In this document: positions 21,301 to 30,294 of the stretch, piece by piece
Numbering within the stretch: position 1 is the stretch's first letter
Layout: each line of letters starts with the position of its first letter
Source: an uncultured Methylomirabilota bacterium
GTDB taxonomy: Bacteria; Methylomirabilota; Methylomirabilia; Methylomirabilales; 2-02-FULL-66-22
DNA: 64,000 nucleotides
Direction of reading: 5' to 3'
NCBI GenBank assembly: GCA_963845565.1
Contig: CAWJSJ010000002.1
Location: forward strand, 384,001 to 448,000
The notes under the pieces: model-generated
What the model saw: the letters and a program-made list of their open reading frames with translations, nothing else
The model's database searches: none
What the model was told of the DNA's origin: nothing
Program-made: the position numbers and the translations under genes

Positions 21301-22256
21301 TCCTCCGGATCGGCTCCGACCGCAAGGGCGCGCCGCTCGGACCCCCGCCGTGGTCGTGGCTCCAGGGCGCCGCGCAGCCGGGCCAGACGGATCGAGTCCT
21401 GCTCTTCATCCACGGCACCTTCAGCCAGACCAGCGTCCCGGTGGCCGACTTCTCGCCGGGATTCCTGGCCTGGGCCGGCCGCACCTACCGCGCCGTCCTT
21501 GGTTTCGACCACTGGACGTTGTCGCTCGCCCCGGAGGACAACGCCACGCTCCTCTGGAACCTTCTCGATCCCGCCCTGCGCGCCGGGCATCGCCTGGACA
21601 TCATCACCCACAGCCGGGGCGGCCTGGTGGCCCGCGCCTTCGTGGAGCTGCTGGACCATGGCGAGGCGGTCCGCCGCGTGATCTTCGTCGGCACGCCCAA
21701 TGCGGGCACCAATCTGGCCAACCCGAAGAGCTGGGGCGCGGCGGCGGACATCCTCATCAATCTTGCCCCCATCAGCGCCCCGTTCGCCAAGCTGAGCGGC
21801 CTCTTGGCGCGGCTTCTCATCACCAAGGCCGAGGGCCGCATCCCCGGCCTCCAGGCGCAGAACCCCAGCGCCGTGGGGCCCGACGACTTCCTCGGTCGCA
21901 TCCAGGGGCCGACGACACTGCCCCAGGGAGTGAGCTACGGCGCCGTCGCCGCCAGCTTCGAGCCCGAGCCGGGCGGCTTCGACCCCAAGCATCTTCTGGC
22001 GCAGGCGGGCGACGCGGGCGCGGATGCGTTCTACGGGCACCCCAACGACCTGGTTGTGGACACGGGCAGCGTCTGGTCCGTGGACGCCGAGCCGGATTAC
22101 ACCCTGGACACCGCCAGCCGGGTGGTCCAGCGCGTCCTGCTCTTCAACCCCGAGGGCCGGGGGGTGGGCCAGGTGGTCCGGAAACGCGGCGTCCACCACA
22201 ACAATCTCTTCGCCATGCCCGAAACCATGGCCTTCCTGCAGGCCGAGCTGGCATGA
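18345..22256 (+). CDS. Clostripain-like (C11) + CHAT protease + alpha/beta-hydrolase fusion, 1303 aa
   Basis: C11: WTCLFYLCGDN, NTGDP, LDSC..LEVAY, GWPY. CHAT: PWELL, HFAGHG, NACEAG, WASFVLYGDP. Hydrolase: FIHGTFS, THSRGG, GTPNAGT, NDLVV, terminal His. Confidence 0.88.
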   Translation: MPRIKKPWTCLFYLCGDNYLASCVEDDFREICAAGASPDTHIALQLDRPTGAARYLFPERGQRRAPAPDRTLGNVNTGDPNAAIDFLTWGMRECPSTRLAVILSGPGLPTMPAEGGGADPTQQELFTLFPDETSKDALNAAELRHLFQESLRRARRKRVDVVGLDSCSHAFLEVAYQLEGLADVLVASQTFLPGEGWPYQRLLNAWRRRHPTDAESLARLLVSETIAAYRQQKAPPRIALSAINLRALDQVARSLDTLTLGMMQCLGDKAVLGALQDTRRQSQGIEQPHNVDLIEILTLAERMLRRRHARASNAFGEKARAAALADLITRTLAVIRGEGGGPPLVLANESLTEQPLHGVSIHFAKNLAGSNYLDLRFARKVHWAALLGGMNLIEDHPRALWRLVSALMADTGGATRQELIGLMLGPDSVMESLKTQFRALESPPCFTLSLERRDDLVQAEAAPARVEAQRLYRLRLEGTDAGATVAESTCRVNQRTFDTVLSRLERVLNDPTADAEALPQIVSLGRTLWEDLMSDVGARLHTAAAPVPLCEAGESDEAAGDHSAPHLRLQIAAELMRHPWELLHDGEELLGLRYALGRQVFMNAPTLRQARRRTAPAIRVLVIGDPAFSPAFLDDLRRQKRPVPPQLPAARAEAQRVVQEFERLRDELAGLPPLQVEAVVGEALSVTEMRERLRDGYHIIHFAGHGVFRRGDPETSAWLLSDGELWAREIRNTLAGLEEPPWLIFANACEAGMDAGTPASRYQGDVFGLATACINQGVAAYIAPLWPVQDVLAADLAAEFYRELVLYRTSVGEALRRAKVRARGGKSGGDARQLTWASFVLYGDPTQQLLRSLWSGSAQPAKPTQAAPASRTSEEQVRALVAGPGMRSLRTDGTRGAPGLPAGEVALQLVEKNGVRFWQALSGDEVRPLGIGAKLSDGAAAGDRGLLDVLRVVGTWAVGTVTGRTQSLITALARQYDQDTVPEQRLLRIGSDRKGAPLGPPPWSWLQGAAQPGQTDRVLLFIHGTFSQTSVPVADFSPGFLAWAGRTYRAVLGFDHWTLSLAPEDNATLLWNLLDPALRAGHRLDIITHSRGGLVARAFVELLDHGEAVRRVIFVGTPNAGTNLANPKSWGAAADILINLAPISAPFAKLSGLLARLLITKAEGRIPGLQAQNPSAVGPDDFLGRIQGPTTLPQGVSYGAVAASFEPEPGGFDPKHLLAQAGDAGADAFYGHPNDLVVDTGSVWSVDAEPDYTLDTASRVVQRVLLFNPEGRGVGQVVRKRGVHHNNLFAMPETMAFLQAELA

Positions 22257-22265
22257 GGCCTCGAA

Positions 22266-23393
22266 TCAGGTGCGCGTCGGCGTGATCCCCGTGACCTTCC
22301 CGGTCACCTCGTACCGGGCGAGCGCCGGCGGGTCGAAGACAATCCCATGGCCCGGGCGGGCGGGAGGCCCGATCTCGCCCTTGACGACCCGGATCGGCTC
22401 GGCCAGGACGCCGAGGTCGGTGAGCGACCCGCCCTGAAGATCCTCCAGGATCAACCCGTTCGGGACGGCGCAGAGCGCGTGGACCGAGAGCTCCATCATG
22501 AAGTGGGGCGCCACCGGCAGGTTGAAGCTCTCCGCCAGCTTCGCGATCTTGAGCCATTCCGTGAACCCGCCCACCCGCGGGACGTCCGCCTGGACCACGT
22601 CCACCGCCCCCGCCCGGATGTAATCGGCGAACTCGTACCGGGTGTAGAGCGTCTCGCCCACGGCGACCGGCACGCCCGCTTCCTGTCGGACGTGCGCGTG
22701 GCCGGCTCGATCGTCGGCGAGCAGCGGCTCCTCGATCCAGCAGGGATCGAAGGGTTTCAGCAGGCCCACCCGCCGGACCGCGTCGGCCGCCGTCCACTTC
22801 TGGTTGGCGTCCAGCATCAGCCGGACACCGGGCCCGATCAGTCGGCGCACCGCGGCGACCCGCGCCACGTCCTCGTGCGGATCGTCCCGACCCACCTTCA
22901 TCTTCACGGCGCGGTAGCCCTGCGCCAGGAACCCTCGCATCTGGTCGAGCAACGGCTCGCCGTCGAGGTGGGCGTTGATGCCGCTCCCGTAGGCGGGGAT
23001 GCGATCCCGGAACCCGCCGAGCAGCCGGGACAATGGCACCCCGGCCTTCTGGGCGAGGATGTCCCAGAGGGCGATGTCGATCGTCGCCAGGGCGAAGCGC
23101 GTCATGCCGCCCGAGCCGAGCGCGTGCAGCTCCCACCAGCAGCGCGTCCAGATCCGCTCCAAGTCCACGGGGTCGGCCCCGAGGACGAGCGGGGCGAGAT
23201 AGGTGCCGACGAGTTCCCGGACGGCCGTCCCGCCGATGCCGAGCGTGTATGCAAAACCTGTCCCCGTGATCCCGGCGTCGGTGGTGACGGTGGTCACGAC
23301 GAATTCCCAGTGCGAGATGCGCTGGATCGAATCCTGGATCTGCACGGTCGGCGGGATGCGGTAGAGTCGAGCCTCGATCCCCGTGATACGCAT
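22266..23393 (-). CDS. Mandelate racemase/muconate lactonizing enzyme family protein
   Basis: DIALWDI, KMKVG, LMLDANQ, WIEEPL and AVGETLY motifs. Confidence 0.92.
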   Translation of the reverse strand: MRITGIEARLYRIPPTVQIQDSIQRISHWEFVVTTVTTDAGITGTGFAYTLGIGGTAVRELVGTYLAPLVLGADPVDLERIWTRCWWELHALGSGGMTRFALATIDIALWDILAQKAGVPLSRLLGGFRDRIPAYGSGINAHLDGEPLLDQMRGFLAQGYRAVKMKVGRDDPHEDVARVAAVRRLIGPGVRLMLDANQKWTAADAVRRVGLLKPFDPCWIEEPLLADDRAGHAHVRQEAGVPVAVGETLYTRYEFADYIRAGAVDVVQADVPRVGGFTEWLKIAKLAESFNLPVAPHFMMELSVHALCAVPNGLILEDLQGGSLTDLGVLAEPIRVVKGEIGPPARPGHGIVFDPPALARYEVTGKVTGITPTRT

Positions 23394-23574
23394 GGACGGG
23401 CCTCCTTGTCGGGTAGGGTGGTCGCGGTGCCTGACGGGCGACAGGCGCCAGACTATGGGCGGGCCTCGGTCCTGTCAAGATGCATCACCCCGTGGCGGCT
23501 CCCACGTTTTCCACTGCGTCTCGCCTTGGCTCCTCGCACCCCCGTTTCCGGGTCGCGGAGCGCTGCGAACGTCC

Positions 23575-23602
23575 TTGACAGGCACCCCAGCGGTGGTAGG
23601 CT
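23575..23602 (+). promoter_or_regulatory. Candidate sigma70 promoter for the GMP synthase subunit gene
   Basis: TTGACA-16 nt-TAGGCT. Confidence 0.45.
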
Positions 23603-23765
23603 CACGGGCATTCGCCGGACACCGTGAAGCGCCGCGGGTCGGGTCGCAGGGCCAGCGCCAGGAATGGTCTCACGGGCCGCCATTCTCCCCGCCCTCACGA
23701 TGTGGACGGCCCTTCTGACCCTCGCCACCGCGGGCGACCGCCGTGCCCGCCCAACCGGAGGAGAC

Positions 23766-24734
23766 ATGATGGAGACTCAAGAGATCAAGCTCAAGGACCT
23801 CGACCCGCGGGCGTTCATCATGGTGCAGGTTGAATGCATCCGGGCCGCGGTGGGCGGAGGGACCGCCGTGGTGGCCCTCTCCGGCGGCGTGGATTCCTCG
23901 GTGGTGACGATGCTCGCCCATCGGGCGCTCGGCTCGCGCCTCACGGCCTACTTCATCGAGAATGGGATCATGCGGGCCGGTGAACCTCAAACCATTGTGG
24001 CGGCCTTCAAGCGGCTCGGCGTCCGCGTGCAACTGGTGGACGCCAAGGCGCAGTTCTTCAAGGCCCTGAAGGGGATCACCGACCCGGAGGCGAAGCGCGA
24101 GGCCATCACCCAGACCTTCTACAAGACGGTCTTCGGCCCGCTGGTCAAAAAGAGCGGAGCGAAACATCTCCTCCAGGGGACGATCTACACCGACGTGGAG
24201 GAGACCATGGCCGGCATCAAGCGACAGCACAACGTCCTGGCTCAACTCGGAATCGATACCAAGAAAGTGTACGGCTACCAGGTGTTGGAACCCGTCATCG
24301 AGCTTCGCAAGACGGGTGTCCGCGCGGTCGGAAAAGCCTTGGGTCTGCCCAAGGCGATCTACCATCGTCCGCCCTTCCCCGGCCCGGCCCTCGCCGCCCG
24401 GGTGATCGGCGAGGTCACCCCCGAGCGGATTGCCACGGTCCGCGCGGCCACCGCGATCGTCGAGGACGAACTGCGGCGCTCCGGCGCCTTCCAGTGCCTG
24501 GCGATCCTCCATGAGGACCGGGTGACCGGGATCCGCCGGGGCAAGCGGGAATTCGGCCACCAGATCGAGGTCCGCTGCTGGGAGAGCACCGACGCGGTCA
24601 TCGCCACCCCGACACCGCTTACCTGGCCCAAGTTGCAGAAGCTGGCACAACGCCTCACCGCCGAAGTCGACGGGGTCGTCTCGGTGACCTATAACATTGC
24701 ATCCAAACCGCCCTCCACGATCGAGGCCGTGTAG
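23766..24734 (+). CDS. guaAB: GMP synthase ATP-pyrophosphatase subunit only (split GuaAB type)
   Basis: PP-loop SGGVDSS, LQGTIYTD, IKRQHNV, PFPGPALAARV and KPPSTIE; no glutamine amidotransferase domain; GGAGGAG RBS. Confidence 0.85.
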   Translation: MMETQEIKLKDLDPRAFIMVQVECIRAAVGGGTAVVALSGGVDSSVVTMLAHRALGSRLTAYFIENGIMRAGEPQTIVAAFKRLGVRVQLVDAKAQFFKALKGITDPEAKREAITQTFYKTVFGPLVKKSGAKHLLQGTIYTDVEETMAGIKRQHNVLAQLGIDTKKVYGYQVLEPVIELRKTGVRAVGKALGLPKAIYHRPPFPGPALAARVIGEVTPERIATVRAATAIVEDELRRSGAFQCLAILHEDRVTGIRRGKREFGHQIEVRCWESTDAVIATPTPLTWPKLQKLAQRLTAEVDGVVSVTYNIASKPPSTIEAV

Positions 24735-24801
24735 CACAGCGCAGCCGCCGGCCAGGAACGCCAGACCGATCCCGGTAACGGGTCAGACGGGGGAACACGC
24801 G

Positions 24802-25977
24802 ATGCCAAACAGCGGGGAGAAGCCGTTCGAGTTCCGGGTGCCAGGGACGATCCACGTCGGCGTCGGGAGCCATGAGCGAGTGGCGGCCGAGGCGGCGCGG
24901 GTCGGCGCGGGCAATGTCCTGGTCGTCACCGACGCCAACGTGCGCGCCACGCCGACGGCGGGGAAGGTGATCGAGCAGTTGTCCCAGGCCGGTTTATTGC
25001 GAGGCGTGTTCAGCGACATCCCGGGCGAGCCGACGACCACCGAGGTGGAGCAGGGCCTGAGCCTTCTCCGGAAGGCCCGGGCGGACACTGTGGTGGCCGT
25101 CGGGGGTGGGAGCGTGATCGACACCGCCAAGGCCGTCGCCGTCATGGCCACCAACGACGGCGTCATTGCGGATTATCTGGGCGCGGGCAAGGTCAAGAAG
25201 CCCAAGCTTCCCCTGGTGGTCGTCAACACGACCGCGGGGACGGGAAGCGAGGTGACGCGTTTTGCGATCATCACCGACCCCGCGACCAGCGTCAAGATGC
25301 TCATCGCCGACCCCCATCTGATCCCCGAGGTGGCGATCGACGATCCGCTCCTCACCGTCACCTGCCCGCCGCTCGTGACGGCCTCCACCGGCCTGGATGC
25401 CCTGACCCACGCCATCGAGGCGTACATCTCGGTGCGGGCCACCGCCCTCTCGGACGTCTTGGCCCTCTCGGCGATCAAGCAGATCGGCCAATCCATTCGC
25501 GCGGCGTTCAAGAACGGGAAGGACCTCGCCGCCCGAATTCCCATGCACATCGCCTCGCTGGAGGCCGGGATGGCCTTCTCCAACGCCTCGGTCGCCCTGG
25601 TCCACGGGATGGCGCGGCCGATCGGCGCCTACTTCCACGCGGCCCACGGCATCTCGAATGCCGTGCTCCTCCCGCACGTCATGGCCTGGAGCATGTCGGA
25701 GGCACGGGGACGTTTCGCCGACATCGCGCGTGCTCTTGGCGTGGACACGGCCGGCCTCACCGAGAAACAGGCCGCGGAGCGCGCGGTGGCCGAGGTGCGC
25801 TCCCTCTGCCAGGACCTCCAGATCCCCGGCCTCACGGGGCTCGGCATCGACCCCGACAAGCTGATGGCCCTCGCCCCCACGATGGCCAAGGACGCCCTCG
25901 CCAGCGGCAGCCCCGGGAACAATCCCCGCCTCCCCACGGTGGAGGAGATCGTGGAGCTGTACCGGAAGGCGCTGTAG
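24802..25977 (+). CDS. Iron-containing alcohol dehydrogenase
   Basis: GGGSVID, TTAGTGSEVT, DALTHAIE, LVHGMA and HG..NA motifs. Confidence 0.93.
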   Translation: MPNSGEKPFEFRVPGTIHVGVGSHERVAAEAARVGAGNVLVVTDANVRATPTAGKVIEQLSQAGLLRGVFSDIPGEPTTTEVEQGLSLLRKARADTVVAVGGGSVIDTAKAVAVMATNDGVIADYLGAGKVKKPKLPLVVVNTTAGTGSEVTRFAIITDPATSVKMLIADPHLIPEVAIDDPLLTVTCPPLVTASTGLDALTHAIEAYISVRATALSDVLALSAIKQIGQSIRAAFKNGKDLAARIPMHIASLEAGMAFSNASVALVHGMARPIGAYFHAAHGISNAVLLPHVMAWSMSEARGRFADIARALGVDTAGLTEKQAAERAVAEVRSLCQDLQIPGLTGLGIDPDKLMALAPTMAKDALASGSPGNNPRLPTVEEIVELYRKAL

Positions 25978-26033
25978 AGACGAAGATTCGCTCGGTGTCG
26001 TTCAACGGGACCCCCCCGCGCGCTTCGAGAGTG

Positions 26034-29000
26034 ATGCCCATGACGGACTGGGACCAGGCCGATGCCCGACTCACGGCGCTCCTCCGCGCCAATCAGGCGG
26101 TCGGGTCCTCGCTGGACCTGACGCGCGTTCTGGAGGCGATCGTCCAGCAGGCCGCCGCGATTTCCGCCGCGCCCATCGTCCGACTGTTCCTCCTGGAGGG
26201 AGAGTCTCAACTCCTTCGCGGCCGGGTGAGCGTGGGCTTCCCGCTGGACGTGGACGGGGGCCTGGCCATTCCGGTGGGCCGCAGCCTCTCCGGGCAGGTG
26301 GCGATCACCGGGGAGCCGCTGGCGGTCGCCGATACGCGGGACGACCCGCGCACCTTTTACCCAGCCCATATCGACCCCTACGGCGTTGTCTCCTACCTGG
26401 GGCTGCCGGTGAAGCGCCCGGGCCGGCTCTTCGGCGTCCTGGTCTTCAATACGCCCGCTCCGCGGAGCTATGCGTCGGACGAGATCGCCTACCTGCGCGC
26501 CTTCGCCGACCAGGCCGCCATCGCCCTGGAGAACGCCCAGCTCTACGACGCGGCCCAGCGCGAGCTGGCCGACCGGGCACGGGTCGAGGCGGCCTTGCAG
26601 CGGTTTCGCCTGGTGGCCGACGAGGCGCGCGACATCATGCTCTTCGTGGGCAAAGACGAGCGGATCGTCGACGCGAACCGGGCCGCCGTGGCGGCCTACG
26701 GCTATGCCCGGGAGCACTTGCTGACCCTCACCATCCACGATCTCCGGGCGCCCGAGACTCACGCCCTGACCGCCGCCCAGCTGGCCCAGGCGAGAGCCGA
26801 GGGCCTCCTCTTCGAAACCGTGCACCGCCGCCGGGACGGCAGCACCTTCCCGGTGGAGGTGAGCTCCCGCGGCTCGAGCGTGGGCGGGGAGCTCGTGCTC
26901 CTGAGCGTCATCCGGGACATCACGGCCCGCAAGCAGGCGGAGGCCGTTCTCGGCCAGCGGAACCGCCATCTCGAGGCGGTCCGGGCCGTGAGCGAGGAGA
27001 TTACCCGCGAGCTCGACCTCACGCCGCTCCTGCAGCTCATCATTGCGCGGGCCACCCACCTCGTCGGCGCTGCCGCGGAACGGTCTTACTGTGGAGAAGC
27101 GGAGCAGGCCTCGTCGTCCCCGGTGCCTGGCACGGGATGGGGAGTGGCGCCGGGACATGCGCTCCGGCCTAGGGGAGGGGATCGTGGGGAAATCGCCGCA
27201 GACGGCCAGGGTCATCGCCAACGATTACCCAACGCGGCCCTTCGCCATGCTGGCACTCTCGCGCGAATGCAGATCACCGCTGCCATCGGAGAACCGCTCT
27301 TGTACCGGGACCGGCTCATCGGCGTCCTCACGGTCGAGTCAGAGGGAACTCGGGCAGCAGTTTCACCTCGCAGGACCAGGAGCTCCTCCGCCTCTTCGCC
27401 ACGCAGGCCGCGATTGCCATCGAAAACGCGAGGCTCCACGAGGCCGCCGTGCGGCGGGGGGCCGAACTGGAGACGCTCCTCGCCGCGACGCGCTCCGTCA
27501 TGTCCGGCCTGGATCTCCAGACAATCCTGGACCGGATTGTGGCCGAGGCGCACCGCATCTCCGGGGCCCCGCACGTCAAGATCTTGTTGCTCGACCGGCC
27601 CGCCGGCGTCCTCCGCGTCGGCGCGGCCCGCGGGACGGCGCACCGCCCGGGTGAGACGCTCTCCCTCGACCGGGGACTCTCCGCCCACGTGGTCCGATCC
27701 GGCGAGCCCCTGTACGTCGCGCAGTGTGCCGAGGACCCGCGGAACCTCAAGGCCGCACGGGACCGCTCCCTCGGCATGCAGGCTTATCTTGGCTTGCCCA
27801 TCACGCGCGGGACCGAGATCCTGGGGGTGCTCACCTTTAACACCACGACCCCCAAAGCGTTCAGCCCGGCCGAGTTGGCCTACCTCACCTCGTTTGCCGC
27901 TCAGGCGGCCATCGCCATCGAGAACGCCCGCCTCTTCGCGGAGCTGCACGATTCGTACGCGCGCCTGCAGGCGGCCCAGGCGGAGCTCGTCCGCTCCGAG
28001 AAGCTCCGCGGGCTCGGCCAGATGGCGGCGGGGATCGCGCACGATCTGAATAACGTGTTGGCGGCGATCCTGGGTCAGGTGGAGCTGGTCAAGTTGGGCG
28101 ACGTGCCCCTCGACCTCCAGGAGAATCTTCGCACCCTGGAGACCGCTGCCGCCGATGGGGCCCAGGTCGTCCGCCGGCTCCAGGACTTCGCCCGCCAGCG
28201 GGCCAGCTCGCCGCTGGTCGCGCTCGCGCTGCCTCCCGTGGTCCAGGAGGCCCTGGACATCACGGCGCCCCGTTGGAAGGACGACGTCCAGCGCCGGGGC
28301 CACACTATCCAGATCCGCGTTGCCCTGGGCGGGCTGCCGCCGATCTTGGGCCACGCGCCCGAGATCCGCGAGGCGCTCACGAACGTGATCTTCAATGCCG
28401 TGGATGCGATGCCCGAGGGCGGGGCGTTGACCGTCACCGGCACGGCGACCGCGGACGAGGTGTGCCTGCATGTGGCGGACACCGGGGTCGGGATGCCGGA
28501 GGCAGTCCGCCAGAAGGTCTTCGAACCCTTCTTCACCACCAAGGGGGTCAAAGGTACCGGGCTCGGCCTCTCCGTGGTCTACGGGATCATGGAGCGCCAC
28601 GGCGGGCGCGTCACGGTGGCCTCCCGGCCCGGGGAGGGGACCACGATCACCCTGCAGTTTCAGGCGGCGTCCACCACCCCCCCAGGGACGGCCCCGGATC
28701 GCCCGCCCGTCCACCGGCCGGCCCGGCGCATCCTGCTGATAGACGATGAGGCGGCAGTGCGCCATACGATGGCTGCCCTCCTGCGGGCCGGCGGACAGAC
28801 CGTCCAGGTGGCGGAGAGCGGACCCGCCGGGCTCGCGTACCTGGCCGACGCGCTGCCAGACCTCGTGCTGACCGACCTGGGGATGCCGGAGATGTCCGGG
28901 GTGGAGCTCGCCCGACGCGTGAAGGCCGCCCACCCGCGGCTGCCCGTGGTGCTCCTGACGGGCTGGGGGGATACGCCAACGCTGTCGGCGGATGACCGCT

Positions 29001-29098
29001 CAGCCATCGACCGGGTGCTCGGGAAGCCCGTCCGCATGGCGGAGCTCCTCCGGGTGGTGGCCGAGCTGACTGGGACCGAAGAAACAGGAAGCCCCTGA
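26034..29098 (+). CDS. Hybrid sensor kinase GAF-PAS-GAF-GAF-HisKA-HATPase-REC, with several frameshifts at ~27070-27380
   Basis: FADQAAIALENA GAF ends, RRDGSTFPVE PAS, GIAHDLNN, PFFTTK..GTGLGL and LTDLGMP; the second GAF is split across frames. Confidence 0.82.
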
Positions 29099-29123
29099 GC
29101 GCGGCAGATGTGCTTGGCAGTGG

Positions 29124-29229
29124 TTAGGAGCCGTTACGAAATTACTGGTCCATTTTTTTCAATTTCGTTACGGCTCCTTATGCCGTTCCCGAATTTCTCC
29201 GGTCAAGTTATTCTTTAACAACGGCTTAG
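29124..29229 (+). repeat. Double-hairpin repeat, family 2, copy 3
   Basis: Identical first-hairpin arms, 19-nt loop, TTAG at both ends. Confidence 0.95.
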
Positions 29230-29392
29230 CGTCGGGGTTGCGGACTCTCTGATCACTCAATCAAGTTAAGGGCGTCACCTAATACGACCCGCCACCGAAT
29301 TGCACGACCGTTGTCTCGTTGCTCGCCGTCGGGGACACGCTCATCCTCCCACCTGTCGCCTGTATCCTCGCAGAGAGTCCGGCTTAGGAGAT

Positions 29393-29436
29393 TCTCATCC
29401 CACTTTCATGGCCCTCTCATCCCCGCACAGTACAGT
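29393..29436 (+). promoter_or_regulatory. 11-bp-periodic TYTCAT direct repeats plus -10 box (OmpR/PhoB-type site)
   Basis: TCTCAT (29393), TTTCAT (29404), TCTCAT (29415), then CCCCGCACAG-TACAGT. Confidence 0.5.
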
Positions 29437-29510
29437 GCGGGCCAGAGAGTGACGGGCCCCGGACCCGAACACATCTCGCAACCCAACAACTCTTTTCAGG
29501 AGGAACGACA

Positions 29511-29873
29511 ATGAAGACGTTCACATCGCTCATGGCCGGCCTGGCTGCCGTTGCGGTCTTCGCGGGCTCGAGCTTTGCCCAGACCCCGAAGCCGGCGACG
29601 CCGCAGGCAACCCCGGCGCCCGCTCCGGCTGCGCAGGCCCCGGCCAAGCCCGCCGCGGCGAAGGACATCACTGGCGAGTTTGTCTCCATCGACAAGACCG
29701 CCAAGATCGTCATCGTGAAGCACGTCGTGGACCAGAAGGCCTCCCAGATGACGCTTAGCGTGGACGAGGCGATGCTCACCACGCTGGGCCAACTCAAGGC
29801 GGGTGACAAGATCAAGATCACCTACGAAGAGATGGGCGGGAAGTTCATCGCCAAGACGATCGCCAAAGCTTAG
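29511..29873 (+). CDS. Small secreted protein with a Pro/Ala linker and a probable OB-fold-like domain
   Basis: AGGAGG RBS, signal peptide ending SFA, ITGEFVSID...LKAGDKIKITY. Confidence 0.8.
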   Translation: MKTFTSLMAGLAAVAVFAGSSFAQTPKPATPQATPAPAPAAQAPAKPAAAKDITGEFVSIDKTAKIVIVKHVVDQKASQMTLSVDEAMLTTLGQLKAGDKIKITYEEMGGKFIAKTIAKA

Positions 29874-29977
29874 GAGCCGTTACGAAATAGCTTGGCCTTC
29901 TTTTGTGATTTCGTTACGGCTCCTTATGCCGTTTCGGGAATTTCTCGGGTCAAGTTATTTTTTTGACAACGGCTGAG
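29870..29977 (+). repeat. Double-hairpin repeat, family 2, copy 4
   Basis: Its leading TAG is the stop codon of 29511..29873. Confidence 0.95.
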
Positions 29978-30152
29978 CACCATCGGTTTGCTCCGCAGGG
30001 CGCCCGGGGTCCGGGCCCCGAGTGCCCTGCGGAACCTCCCTTGCCCCCGCGGGGCGGCCAGCCAGGGGAGGGAGCAGGTCTCCCGCCGCACGGTTCCTGC
30101 CGGAGTGCTCAGCAAGATCGGGAGGCCTCTTCGCATGCGAAAGGAGGACCGC

Positions 30153-30254
30153 ATGTCGTGGTTGTGGGTGGTGTCCCTGGTTGTTGCGGTGGTGCTCGGT
30201 GCGAATCTCGGCATCTTCTTGATGGCACTGATTCAAGTGAGCGACCGAAGCTAG
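30153..30254 (+). CDS. Small single-TM peptide (33 aa)
   Basis: AAGGAGGA RBS; MSWLWVVSLVVAVVLGANLGIFLMALIQVSDRS. Confidence 0.55.
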   Translation: MSWLWVVSLVVAVVLGANLGIFLMALIQVSDRS

Positions 30255-30294
30255 CCGAAGACCCGAGTGCAATCCGATCGCAAGGAGAGCATTA

